DNA of 64,000 nucleotides, taken from assembly GCA_965203175.1 (NCBI GenBank), contig OZ241867.1:4832001-4896000 (forward strand), in the 5' to 3' direction. Source of the stretch: Candidatus Latescibacterota bacterium. GTDB lineage: Bacteria; Latescibacterota; UBA2968; UBA8231. Position numbers and translations under genes: made by a program. Position 1 is the stretch's first letter. The number at the start of each line of letters is the position of its first letter. The notes beneath the pieces were generated by a model. That model did no database searches, was not told the DNA's origin, and saw only the letters and a program-made list of their open reading frames with translations. Below, piece by piece: positions 27,932-36,853 of the stretch.

Positions 27932-28729
27932 TCAATCTACTAGGTTAAAAAGCGGCGCGACCCCACCGAACATCCCCGGAAAGCGAAAGACTGCCTCGTC
28001 TTGATCGCGGATGCGGTCGAGGACTGCCTCGTCGAGCAAGGCGCGCTGGCGGTCGAAAAGGGCTTGCTCCTCTGCGACCGCGTACGAACCCTCGCACCGC
28101 GCCTGCTCTTGCGCAGCGGCAATTTCAGGATCGCCAGCCAGTTTTTCCGCCATAGTTCCCAAGAAGCGTTCCAGCAATGGCCGATGTCCGCCGTCGGCCG
28201 CCTTTGCAGCCGCCGCGTCAAAGGCGGCATGGCATTTCACCAAGCGCTCGCGCCAGTCGTCGGGCACCTCGCCGTCGAGCGTGAAGGGCGCGGCGTGACC
28301 CAAAAGCGGCGTGCGGTCCTCGGTCTGGAAAGCCACGAGTACGCAATGATGCTCCAAGGACCGAGCGCGGAACCGGACAACGCTCCCCGGCTCAATATCG
28401 GCGATCTCGCCAGCAGCGAGTGGCTGCGTTTCTACCCCGTCCATGGAGAGCACGTCTAGATACGCCTCGGCGCAAAAGTGGGCGATAATATGCTCGCGGG
28501 GTCGCCCTTGTATCCCGCAGCGCCCAAAAGGAAGCGAATACACCCAGTCGCTCTCAGTCGCGCCCTGGCCTTTGACGCGCAATTGGCACAAGGCGCGGCA
28601 AAGGCGCTCGGCCTCGCCCGCCGCATCCGTAGGCTTCGGCACGACCGCCCCCGCTGCATCCACTTCCACCCGATAAGGCACTCCGTACCCAAACAGCCGC
28701 GCCCTCAACGGATCACCCATCTCGTCCAT
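27932..28729 (-). CDS. Hypothetical protein, degenerate cupin-like
   Basis: 265 aa, overlaps the upstream aminotransferase; VLS.DG.E..PL..G.....PG segment recalls a cupin barrel. Confidence 0.6.
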   Translation of the reverse strand: MDEMGDPLRARLFGYGVPYRVEVDAAGAVVPKPTDAAGEAERLCRALCQLRVKGQGATESDWVYSLPFGRCGIQGRPREHIIAHFCAEAYLDVLSMDGVETQPLAAGEIADIEPGSVVRFRARSLEHHCVLVAFQTEDRTPLLGHAAPFTLDGEVPDDWRERLVKCHAAFDAAAAKAADGGHRPLLERFLGTMAEKLAGDPEIAAAQEQARCEGSYAVAEEQALFDRQRALLDEAVLDRIRDQDEAVFRFPGMFGGVAPLFNLVD

Positions 28730-30005
28730 CCTCTAGCAGTTCCTCGGCGCACTCGGCCACCTTGCGGAAGGCCGTAGCGTATTGCCCGATGATTGTGGCA
28801 TCGTAGTGCTTAAACCACGGAATCGAATAGATGCGGCCGGTCATGTGCTCAGTCACCGGCAGGCTGCCCGACGCCTGTCGCAGGTCGCGGTTGGAGTGGG
28901 CGATGCGCGTGGGTTGGCCGTGTCCGTAGATATCGGCCTCGTTGAGCACCGGGTGCAAATGCATCAACTCATTGGCACCTGGCATGATCCTGTACGCCCC
29001 GGTCTCGGCCGTAACCGCCGCGCAGAAGCGCCCGACCGGCAGGCCGGCTAATTCCTCGGGCGCGTACAATCCCTTAGCCGCGTACCATCCGCCCATCGTC
29101 GAACCACTGTCGGCCGGCGGCCGATGCGCCTTGATCCCCGGGACGCCTTCGAGCAGGTCCCAGAAGTAATTCATCGCCCGCTGGATCTCCTGCATCCGCT
29201 CGTCGTAGTACTTTAGCTGGATGCGACCTACGGCTGAAGACAACTGATGCATCCGGTACTTGTACCCGCCCAGCGGCATCCCGGCAAAAGGCTTTAGCGT
29301 AGGATCTTCTAGGGAACGGGTACGCTCATAGTGTCCGAAGGCCGCAGCGCGCTCGTACAGAGCTTGGTCGTCGGTGACCATAAAGCCACCTTCGCCGCAG
29401 GCCAGCGACTTGCCCGACATAATCGACATGGCACCGATGTGGCCGATTGTGCCTAGCAGCCGCCCTTTGTAGAGTCCTCCTTGAGCATGCGAGACATCTT
29501 CAATCACCTTCAGCCCATGCCGCTCGGCAATCTCCATAATCGGATCCATATCGGCTGGATAGGCGCAGTAATGCACGGGGACAATGGCCCTCGTCCGCTC
29601 GGTAATGCGATGCTCGATATCGTCGGGGTCCATCGTCAGGGTGTCGGGGTCGATTTCGGAAAACACCACCGTCCCCCCTAGCGAGAATACCTGGAGTGAC
29701 GTGCCCCAAAAGGTCATGCTCTGCGAGATGATCTCGTCGCCAACGCCGACGCCGCAGGCCCACAGCGCGGCCTGGATCGCCGACGTGCCCGTGTTGTGGC
29801 AGAGGGCGTGCTGCAAGCCAAAGTAGGACTTCAGGTCCTCTTCAAAGTCCAAGGTTAGGTCCCAACCCGACATCGCCCCGCGACGCAGCACGTCCAGCAC
29901 GGCTGCCTCGTCTTCGGCGGTGATGATCGGCCAGCGAAAAATATCGCCCTCGTCGGCAGTGACGGCCTTGGGGCCGCCGAAAAAGGCCAACTTGCTCATC
30001 GCCAT
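28713..30005 (-). CDS. DegT/DnrJ family aminotransferase
   Basis: GTSAI, GVGDEII, PVH, EDVSHAQG, SGKSLACGEGG. Confidence 0.92.
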   Translation of the reverse strand: MAMSKLAFFGGPKAVTADEGDIFRWPIITAEDEAAVLDVLRRGAMSGWDLTLDFEEDLKSYFGLQHALCHNTGTSAIQAALWACGVGVGDEIISQSMTFWGTSLQVFSLGGTVVFSEIDPDTLTMDPDDIEHRITERTRAIVPVHYCAYPADMDPIMEIAERHGLKVIEDVSHAQGGLYKGRLLGTIGHIGAMSIMSGKSLACGEGGFMVTDDQALYERAAAFGHYERTRSLEDPTLKPFAGMPLGGYKYRMHQLSSAVGRIQLKYYDERMQEIQRAMNYFWDLLEGVPGIKAHRPPADSGSTMGGWYAAKGLYAPEELAGLPVGRFCAAVTAETGAYRIMPGANELMHLHPVLNEADIYGHGQPTRIAHSNRDLRQASGSLPVTEHMTGRIYSIPWFKHYDATIIGQYATAFRKVAECAEELLEDGRDG

Positions 30006-30028
30006 ATTAAGTCCGCTCCTTCCGCGTG

Positions 30029-31015
30029 CTAAGAACCCGTAATTTTGCGCAGCCGCGCTTGCGTCGGCATGTAGTTGCTCTCCCACACCTGCTGCACTAC
30101 CCCGTCGGCGATATAGGCCAAGCGCGGATAGCCGTGGCCAAAGGTCAGGCGGAGGAAGTCCGTCTGCGATATATTGGCAATGTCAAAGCGAGGTTGCAGC
30201 CGCTTTTTGAAATCGACCATATCTGGTGAGTCGAGGCCGTGCTTGGTCAGGGCGATGAGCCGCGGCAACTGGGGGTCTTGCGCGAGGACGTTCATCTTGG
30301 GGACGGCGTTTTGGCAGTGGCTGCACGTGGGGCTGAACAATTCGATCAGGTATTCGCCCTGCATCAGATCCACATCCACGCCTTTAAGCGCCAAGCCGGA
30401 GAGCCGCACCCCGCTTTTGAGGTCCGACTGCTGGATGCGCTCTAGCTCGGGAAAAAACCGCACGCTACCCATTGCTAGTCCGACGACGAGTGCGCTTAAC
30501 ACCATCCGACTCGCCAGCGGCCAGACGGGCGCGCCGCCTGCTCCCCACCAATTGGGACGACCAGCCGCGGGCGCGGTGTTTGCACTGCGGCGCATTCTCC
30601 ACCAAGCAAACAGCAGCACTGCCAGCATCGCGCCATCTTCTATGGCCGCTTCCCCCGGGCTGCGCTCGAGGAGGGCACCAAAGCAGCCGCAGTCTATCGA
30701 GGCCCCCATGTGCCAAGCCTTGGCCGTCAGCGCGGTAAACGCGGCCATCAGCACCGTCGCCACCGGCAAGCACAGCCGCGGCTGCCAGTTGAGCAGCAGC
30801 GCCCAGCCGAGGACGAATTCAATCGGCCCCAATGCGATGGCCGCCTTGGCGGCTGCCGACGCGGACTCCCATTCCACTATCCCGAGCATCTGCACATGGG
30901 GAATGGCCTCCCAATAAGAAAGCACCGGCTCCCATGTCTTACTCGCTCCAGCGACTATATACACGACTCCAACAATCATTTGGCCGACGCGTGCGGCCTT
31001 GCTTATACCATCCAT
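30029..31015 (-). CDS. MauE/DoxX membrane protein fused to a thioredoxin-like domain
   Basis: TM helices with DCGCFG; C-terminal FSPTCSHC and GYPRL. Confidence 0.8.
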   Translation of the reverse strand: MDGISKAARVGQMIVGVVYIVAGASKTWEPVLSYWEAIPHVQMLGIVEWESASAAAKAAIALGPIEFVLGWALLLNWQPRLCLPVATVLMAAFTALTAKAWHMGASIDCGCFGALLERSPGEAAIEDGAMLAVLLFAWWRMRRSANTAPAAGRPNWWGAGGAPVWPLASRMVLSALVVGLAMGSVRFFPELERIQQSDLKSGVRLSGLALKGVDVDLMQGEYLIELFSPTCSHCQNAVPKMNVLAQDPQLPRLIALTKHGLDSPDMVDFKKRLQPRFDIANISQTDFLRLTFGHGYPRLAYIADGVVQQVWESNYMPTQARLRKITGS

Positions 31016-31028
31016 AATTAAGTGCTCC

Positions 31029-34000
31029 TCAGTTGGTCAATTCGGCGAATACGGCAGAGAATACGCGCCGCGTCTGTTCCATGCATGCCTCCACCTCGTC
31101 CTGGAAGGCCGCTACGTCTTCAGTGCCGAGAGCGCGGCTCAATATCTCCAACTCCCGGCCGGTCGGCAGGGCGTCGCTGGCCCTTTCGCTGGCGAGCCGC
31201 ATGCCCTTTTCCACGGCCCGCAGATACTCGTACGCGTCGAGGAGAAAGTGGCCTCGCTCCGGGTCTAAATAGTCCTGCTCGACGAGTAGCTGCAGCGCGT
31301 GTCTCGTGCTGCCTACGCGCAAGCCCCGGTCTCGATAGCCCCACTTCAGCACTAGTACCTGCGCCACAAACTCAATATCGACAATGCCGCCCGGACCGCG
31401 CTTGATGTTGATGCGCGTTTGGCGCTTGCCCTGCGGCTCCATCCGCTGGCGCATCTCCTGCATCTGCGCGACCAAGGCCGCGTCCACTTCCCGACTGTAA
31501 ACGAAGCGCTCAATCGCCCGCAAGACCCGCGCGCCGAACTCGGCATCGCCGGCCACTTGGCGCGCGCGACTCAGCGCCATCCGCTCCCAAGTAGCCGCCC
31601 GCTGCGCTAAGTAGCGGCGGTAGCCGACCAACGAGATAGCCATAGGGGCGCTGGCCCCTTCGGGTCGCAACCGCGCATCCACCGAGTACAGCCCCTCCTC
31701 GGCCAACAGGGCGATCAGATGCTGGCTGAACTCAATGAAAAATACACTATTAGGCACGCCGCGGCGCGTCTTGCCGTCGCTTTCGTACACGAAAAACAAA
31801 TCCAAATCCGAACCAAAATCCACCTCGCGGCCCCCAAACTTGCCGGCGGCCAATACAGCGAACCGCACGTCGCGGCCCTGCCGGTTGCGCGGCTTGCCCC
31901 ACCGCCGCACTAACGGACGCCAAGCCAGCCGATAAACTGCTTGCAACACGTCTTCACCCAACTCCGTCAACCGCAGGAAGGTCTCCTCCTCAGTCGCCAA
32001 CCCCATCAGATCGTCGGCCCCAATCCGCAGGAGGGCTTGGTTCTGCATCCGCGCGATGGCGCTCAAATCGCCACGCACCTGACGAGGCTCCAGTCCTTGG
32101 CTAGCTTGGCTAACTAAACTGTCGAGCAGAGCCGGATCGCGGCGCAAAAGATCGGCGAGGAAGCGGCTCGAGCCACAGATGGAAATGAGCAAGGTGCGAA
32201 AGCCTGTGTGCTCTTGCAACAAGGAGTACAAAGCACCCGGCGCACCATACGCCTCGACTAGCTGCGTGAAGCGCAAAAGCCCTTGGTCCGGGTCGGGGGC
32301 CGCGGCCAGCGAATTTAGCAATTCCGGCAACAGGGCCTCAAAGTGTGCACCGCTCCCGCTCAACAACAGGCCCATGGCTGCCAACTGCTGCAAGCGACGG
32401 TGTGCGGCGGCCCCATCGACAAAGCCCCGCGCCGCCAAATTGGCTTGCGCTGCCTCGCTGCCGTTTTCGACTTCCAAAAGCCACGTCGGCGCACGCGGAA
32501 CCGCCGCGTCGCTGTAAAACAATGCAGCAAATAGCCGGCGCACCCGCAGCCGGTGCTCGGCTAGCGCGCCGGTAAAGGCCCGTGCATCTTCATAGCCCAT
32601 GCTCAGGGCCAAGGCCCGCGCGGCGCGCGCATCTTCTGGGATGGCGTAGTCGGGCCGGCCAGAGGCGATTTGCAACAGATTTTCAACGCGGCGAAAAAAC
32701 TCGTACGCGTTCTTTAGCGCGCTGGCCTCGGCCGCAGTCAAGGCCGACACCTCGGCCAAGCGGTCGATGGCGGCCAGGGTGTTGTGGACGCGCGCTTGCG
32801 GCCGGAATCCCCCGTAGAGCAACTGTAAGCACTGCACGATGAATTCAATGTCGCGGATCCCCCCCGCTTGCAGCTTGATGTTGTTCTCGCCGCGCGGGCG
32901 CTCGCGGATGCTCGCCTCAATCCGCTCCTTGATGCGGCGGATTTCCTCGTGCGGTGCTGAGTGAAAGTGAGCTGGGTAGATAAAGGGCCGGAGCATGGCC
33001 TCGTATTGCGTACCCAGCGTCTGCGATCCCGCCACGCGCCGAGCCTTGATGAGCATCTGCCGCTCCCACAATTCTCCGCGTGTCTCGTAATAAGTCCAAC
33101 TTGCGCGCAACGAGTGCGTCAAGGTGCCGCTTGCGCCCTCGGGGCGGAGTCGCATATCGACTCGGTAGAAAAACCCCTCCTTGGTCGACTCGGTCAGTAC
33201 TTGGACTAAGCGCTGGCCTAAACGGCGAAAAAACTCGCTGTTCTCCAGCGGCATCCCCTCCCCTTCAGGCTGGGTCTCGCCTTCGCCATCCCACACGAAA
33301 ATTAGGTCGATGTCCGAACTGTAGTTTAACTCTTGTCCTCCGTATTTGCCCAAGCCGACGACGAGAAAGCGCGCCGGACGGTCGCGCTCGTCTAGCGGAC
33401 GACCGTGTTCCTGCCACAAGGCGTGCTCGCATGTTTCAAGGGCCAACTCGACCACCACGTCGGCTAAATCGGCCAGTTCTCTCCCTATTTGCGCGACCGG
33501 CTTGGTACCGAGGACTTCGGCGGCACCAATGCGCAAAAATTCGCGCCTATGCACCCGCCGCAATACCTCCAGACGCTCCTCGTACTCGGAAGTATGATTG
33601 AGATCGGTGCGTAAAATCTGCCGCAGAACACTCCGCTCCAGTGGCTCGACTAAGTGCGGTGTCTCGACCAACAGCCACAGCAGAAACTCGGAATTGCGCA
33701 CCAAGATGTCGGCGAGGAAGGTGCTGTAACTCACGATCTGCACCAAGCGCCGGCACAGAATGGGGTCGGCTTCCAAGTGGGAGAAAAGCCCCCGAGGGGT
33801 GCCGTACGCTATGGCCAAGCGCGTCAACTGCCGCAGTCCCTCGTCCGGCCAGCCCGTTGTGGCCAGTTCGGCCAACGCGAGGGCTGGCAGCGGCGCAGAT
33901 TGCGGCGGGCTGCCGATCCGGTCCAAGATCTCTAGGGTTTGGACCGGATCGGCAAAACCCAATTGCTCTAGTGAATTTAGGGCTTTAGCCGCATCGGCGG

Positions 34001-34037
34001 TGAGGGCGCAACGGGCCAGTTCCAACGCGGTAGGCAC
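31029..34037 (-). CDS. glnE: Glutamine synthetase adenylyltransferase/adenylyl-removing enzyme
   Basis: Two NT domains: GKYGGQELNYSSDIDL..VDMRLRPEG and GKFGGREVDFGSDLDL..VDARLRPEG; GGIRDIEF. Confidence 0.95.
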   Translation of the reverse strand: MPTALELARCALTADAAKALNSLEQLGFADPVQTLEILDRIGSPPQSAPLPALALAELATTGWPDEGLRQLTRLAIAYGTPRGLFSHLEADPILCRRLVQIVSYSTFLADILVRNSEFLLWLLVETPHLVEPLERSVLRQILRTDLNHTSEYEERLEVLRRVHRREFLRIGAAEVLGTKPVAQIGRELADLADVVVELALETCEHALWQEHGRPLDERDRPARFLVVGLGKYGGQELNYSSDIDLIFVWDGEGETQPEGEGMPLENSEFFRRLGQRLVQVLTESTKEGFFYRVDMRLRPEGASGTLTHSLRASWTYYETRGELWERQMLIKARRVAGSQTLGTQYEAMLRPFIYPAHFHSAPHEEIRRIKERIEASIRERPRGENNIKLQAGGIRDIEFIVQCLQLLYGGFRPQARVHNTLAAIDRLAEVSALTAAEASALKNAYEFFRRVENLLQIASGRPDYAIPEDARAARALALSMGYEDARAFTGALAEHRLRVRRLFAALFYSDAAVPRAPTWLLEVENGSEAAQANLAARGFVDGAAAHRRLQQLAAMGLLLSGSGAHFEALLPELLNSLAAAPDPDQGLLRFTQLVEAYGAPGALYSLLQEHTGFRTLLISICGSSRFLADLLRRDPALLDSLVSQASQGLEPRQVRGDLSAIARMQNQALLRIGADDLMGLATEEETFLRLTELGEDVLQAVYRLAWRPLVRRWGKPRNRQGRDVRFAVLAAGKFGGREVDFGSDLDLFFVYESDGKTRRGVPNSVFFIEFSQHLIALLAEEGLYSVDARLRPEGASAPMAISLVGYRRYLAQRAATWERMALSRARQVAGDAEFGARVLRAIERFVYSREVDAALVAQMQEMRQRMEPQGKRQTRINIKRGPGGIVDIEFVAQVLVLKWGYRDRGLRVGSTRHALQLLVEQDYLDPERGHFLLDAYEYLRAVEKGMRLASERASDALPTGRELEILSRALGTEDVAAFQDEVEACMEQTRRVFSAVFAELTN

Positions 34038-34047
34038 TGCCGGAGCT

Positions 34048-34386
34048 TCAGAGGGCGTTTTCGCCGGTTTCGCCGGTGCGGATGCGGATAGCCTCGACCA
34101 GTTCGGAAACGAAGATCTTGCCGTCGCCGACCTCGCCGGTAGCAGCCGACTCTATGATGGCTTCCACTGCTTCGTCGAGTTGACCATCACCAACGGCCAA
34201 TTCAATGCGAATTTTGGGCATAAAGTCGAGTTGGTACTCGGCACCGCGGTAGATTTCGCTGTGGCCGCGCTGGCGGCCGCAGCCGCGCACCTCGCTGACG
34301 GACATCCCGACGAGGCCAATCGCGGCCAAGGAACTTTTGACCTCGTCGAGTTTGAAGGGCTTGATAAAGGCCACGATGTTTTTCAC
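34048..34386 (-). CDS. glnB: Nitrogen regulatory protein P-II
   Basis: 112 aa; IKPFKLDEVK, GRQRG, YRGAEY, TGEVGDGKIF, IRIRTGE. Confidence 0.93.
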   Translation of the reverse strand: MKNIVAFIKPFKLDEVKSSLAAIGLVGMSVSEVRGCGRQRGHSEIYRGAEYQLDFMPKIRIELAVGDGQLDEAVEAIIESAATGEVGDGKIFVSELVEAIRIRTGETGENAL

Positions 34387-34396
34387 GGCATCCCTC

Positions 34397-35020
34397 TCAA
34401 CGAGGCGAAAAGCGGGGCTTGCGGCCGTAGCTTATACCGCCGGATGTCGGCATCTGGGCGACGCCGAGGGGCTGTTGTTGGCTGCCGTGAATGGGGCCGA
34501 TGCAACTGGCCGGGATTTCTTCGGTTAGCACGACCGTGCCGCGAGCAAAAAAGCGACAGCCCTCCTCGTGGGCCTTGGCCGCGAGAATTTCCACTACGCA
34601 GGGGGTGTCGCGTTGGTGGCTGTGCGACTCGGCCGCCTCGCGCGTCAGCGACAGATGCACGTAGTAGCGATCGCCCGGGGAAATGCCCTCGCTGGCAAAG
34701 CGCTGGGCCGCGCTGCGGGTCGTGCCCATGTAGAGCCGCTCGGGTGGCGGGTCCATGGGTTCGCCGTCCATATCGACGAAAAAACTGTGTCCGTACAGCG
34801 CGCGGATGCCGAACTCATTCAACTCAAAGCGATACTGATCCGGGTCATTGACAAGGTCGACGATTTCGGTTTCGGCCACCTCTGAGTAGCGTTCTTGTAC
34901 TCCTTGTACCACCTGATCCAACGGCGCGTAGCCGTAAGCATCAATCTCCAGTCCAAATTCGTCGGGCCGATGCCTGAGCATCAGCGAAAGCAATTTGGAA
35001 ATGCGACTTGTATTGGCCAC
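34397..35020 (-). CDS. kptA: RNA 2'-phosphotransferase (KptA/Tpt1)
   Basis: SK.LS..LRH.P, RF, IRA.YGHS, LY(M)GT, R.YVHLS. Confidence 0.85.
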   Translation of the reverse strand: MANTSRISKLLSLMLRHRPDEFGLEIDAYGYAPLDQVVQGVQERYSEVAETEIVDLVNDPDQYRFELNEFGIRALYGHSFFVDMDGEPMDPPPERLYMGTTRSAAQRFASEGISPGDRYYVHLSLTREAAESHSHQRDTPCVVEILAAKAHEEGCRFFARGTVVLTEEIPASCIGPIHGSQQQPLGVAQMPTSGGISYGRKPRFSPR

Positions 35021-35073
35021 TGCTCATCGCGTCCTTTCAGCATTAGCGCGCCGACCCAGAGGCCGGCGCGGTC

Positions 35074-35529
35074 TTAGGGGTTCCACTGTGCGCGATAAGC
35101 TTCAATGGCTTGGGCAACCGCCTCGTCGGATAGAGCGATGATTTGAGCCGCCAGCATGGCTGCATTGCGGGCATTGTCAATGCCGACAGTCGCCACCGGG
35201 ATCCCCGGAGGCATCTGCACGATGGAGTAGAGAGAATCGACTCCACGGAGCGCGCCCGAGGCAATGGGAACCCCGATGACCGGCAGAGTCGTATGCGCCG
35301 CCACCACTCCGGGCAGGGCCGCAGCTAAGCCGGCACCGGCGATGATCACCTTGAGGCCGCGGCCAGCCGCCTCGCTGGCCCAAGCAGCGGTGCGCTCGGG
35401 GTTGCGGTGGGCCGAAGATACGACCATCTCGTAGCCAAGGCCCAGCTCTTCGAGCACCGCCGCTCCCTTGCGCATGATGTCCTCATCCGAGGTACTGCCC
35501 ATGATTACGCCAACGCGAATGTCTGCCAT
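35074..35529 (-). CDS. purE: N5-CAIR mutase
   Basis: [39 protein letters not shown]. Confidence 0.96.
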   Translation of the reverse strand: MADIRVGVIMGSTSDEDIMRKGAAVLEELGLGYEMVVSSAHRNPERTAAWASEAAGRGLKVIIAGAGLAAALPGVVAAHTTLPVIGVPIASGALRGVDSLYSIVQMPPGIPVATVGIDNARNAAMLAAQIIALSDEAVAQAIEAYRAQWNP

Positions 35530-35616
35530 GTAAAAACGCCCTCCCTGCGAATTTTATCGCGCACAGTAACGATCAAGCGTTAAGATAAGCCAAATCGCCC
35601 GCGCGCGACAACCGCC

Positions 35617-36816
35617 CTAAGAGGCGTTCATCTTGCGGCGCAGGAAGGTGGGAATATCCAAGTCGCCAACTGCGGGGCGCGCTGGATCCTCCTGATGCTC
35701 CTGGGGGATGTCCTGGCCGTTGCGCAGATACGTGGGCACGTCCAAGGAGGTGCCCCCATTGCCGACGAGGACCGGGCTGCCAATGTTCAGCGGATCCGAC
35801 TCCGCATCCTGCGCCGGCTCCTCTTGTGCGCGGGCTGGTGCCTCGGCTTCGCTGCCCTTGTTTAGGCTGAAGCCCGTGGCTATGACTGTCACGCGGATGT
35901 TCTCGGTCAAGCTGTCGTCGATTACGGTGCCAAAGATGATCTCGGCATCCGAGCCGGTTTCCTCGTTGATCAACGACATGACCTCGTTGACCTCGTAGAG
36001 TGTGAGATTGGAATCAGCGGCGATATTGATCAACACGCCCTTGGCACCGGCGATCGACACATCCTCCAAAAGTGGGCTGTTGATCGCCTTGCGAGCGGCC
36101 TCCACGGCCCGCTCTTCGCCGCTGTGCTCCCCGAGACCCATAATCGCATCCCCGCCCTTGGAAATCACAGTGCGCACATCGTTGAAGTCGAGATTGACCA
36201 TGCCTGGGATCGTAATCAGGTCGGAGATGCCACGCGTGGCTTGCATCAGCACTTCGTCGGCCTTAAGAAACGCATCCTCGAGCCTAGTGTCGCGGCCGCA
36301 GACGGTCAGCAGACGCTGGTTCTTGATGGTGATCAGGGTGTCAACTTGGTCTTTTAGCTCGGCAATCCCGCTTTTGGCATTCTTCATCCGCGGGCCGCCT
36401 TCCATTAGGAAAGGCTCGGTGACGATACCGACTGTCAGAGCCGCTTGATCGCGGGCGACTTCCGCAACTATGGGCGCAGCCCCCGTGCCCGTGCCGCCAC
36501 CCATGCCAGCCGTGATGAAGATCAGATCCGAATCCTGTAGCTGTTTGGAGACCTTGTCGCGGTCTTCTTCGATGGCTTGCCGGCCCACTTCCGGGTCAGC
36601 ACCGGCACCCAAGCCCCGCGTGACGCTGCCGCCAATGCAAATGGGGAAGTCGGCCCGCGAGGCCTCCAGTGCCTGCGCATCCGTGTTGACGGCGACGAAT
36701 TCGACGCCGTGCATCCCGGACTCGATCATGCGGTTGATGGCATTGCCGCCGCTGCCACCAACGCCGACGACCTTGATTCGCGCCCGATGTTCGTTGTCGA
36801 TTAACCTAATTGCCAT
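35617..36816 (-). CDS. ftsZ: Cell division protein FtsZ
   Basis: GGGTGTG tubulin motif, NTDAQAL, NLDFNDV, C-terminal LDIPTFLR. Confidence 0.98.
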   Translation of the reverse strand: MAIRLIDNEHRARIKVVGVGGSGGNAINRMIESGMHGVEFVAVNTDAQALEASRADFPICIGGSVTRGLGAGADPEVGRQAIEEDRDKVSKQLQDSDLIFITAGMGGGTGTGAAPIVAEVARDQAALTVGIVTEPFLMEGGPRMKNAKSGIAELKDQVDTLITIKNQRLLTVCGRDTRLEDAFLKADEVLMQATRGISDLITIPGMVNLDFNDVRTVISKGGDAIMGLGEHSGEERAVEAARKAINSPLLEDVSIAGAKGVLINIAADSNLTLYEVNEVMSLINEETGSDAEIIFGTVIDDSLTENIRVTVIATGFSLNKGSEAEAPARAQEEPAQDAESDPLNIGSPVLVGNGGTSLDVPTYLRNGQDIPQEHQEDPARPAVGDLDIPTFLRRKMNAS

Positions 36817-36853
36817 GGGTATTCCTCCTTGATTTTCGGGGCTAGCACCGCCG

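Larger units (their letters stand above)
25994..27946. mobile_element. Direct-repeat-flanked cassette (no recombinase) carrying ATPase + PIN genes
   Basis: AATCTACTAGGTT at both 26004..26016 and 27934..27946, extending imperfectly to GCGTC; interior more AT-rich by eye. Confidence 0.7.

Noticed and set aside
27923-27950. dif/Xer-like or integron attC site at the cassette end
   Set aside because: Only the XerD-like half resembles dif and it lies in coding sequence; no XerC arm, no RYYYAAC/GTTRRRY pair, and no integrase in the window.
33760-34851. 363-aa plus-strand ORF
   Set aside because: Antisense shadow of glnE/glnB/kptA in high-GC DNA; no recognisable motifs.
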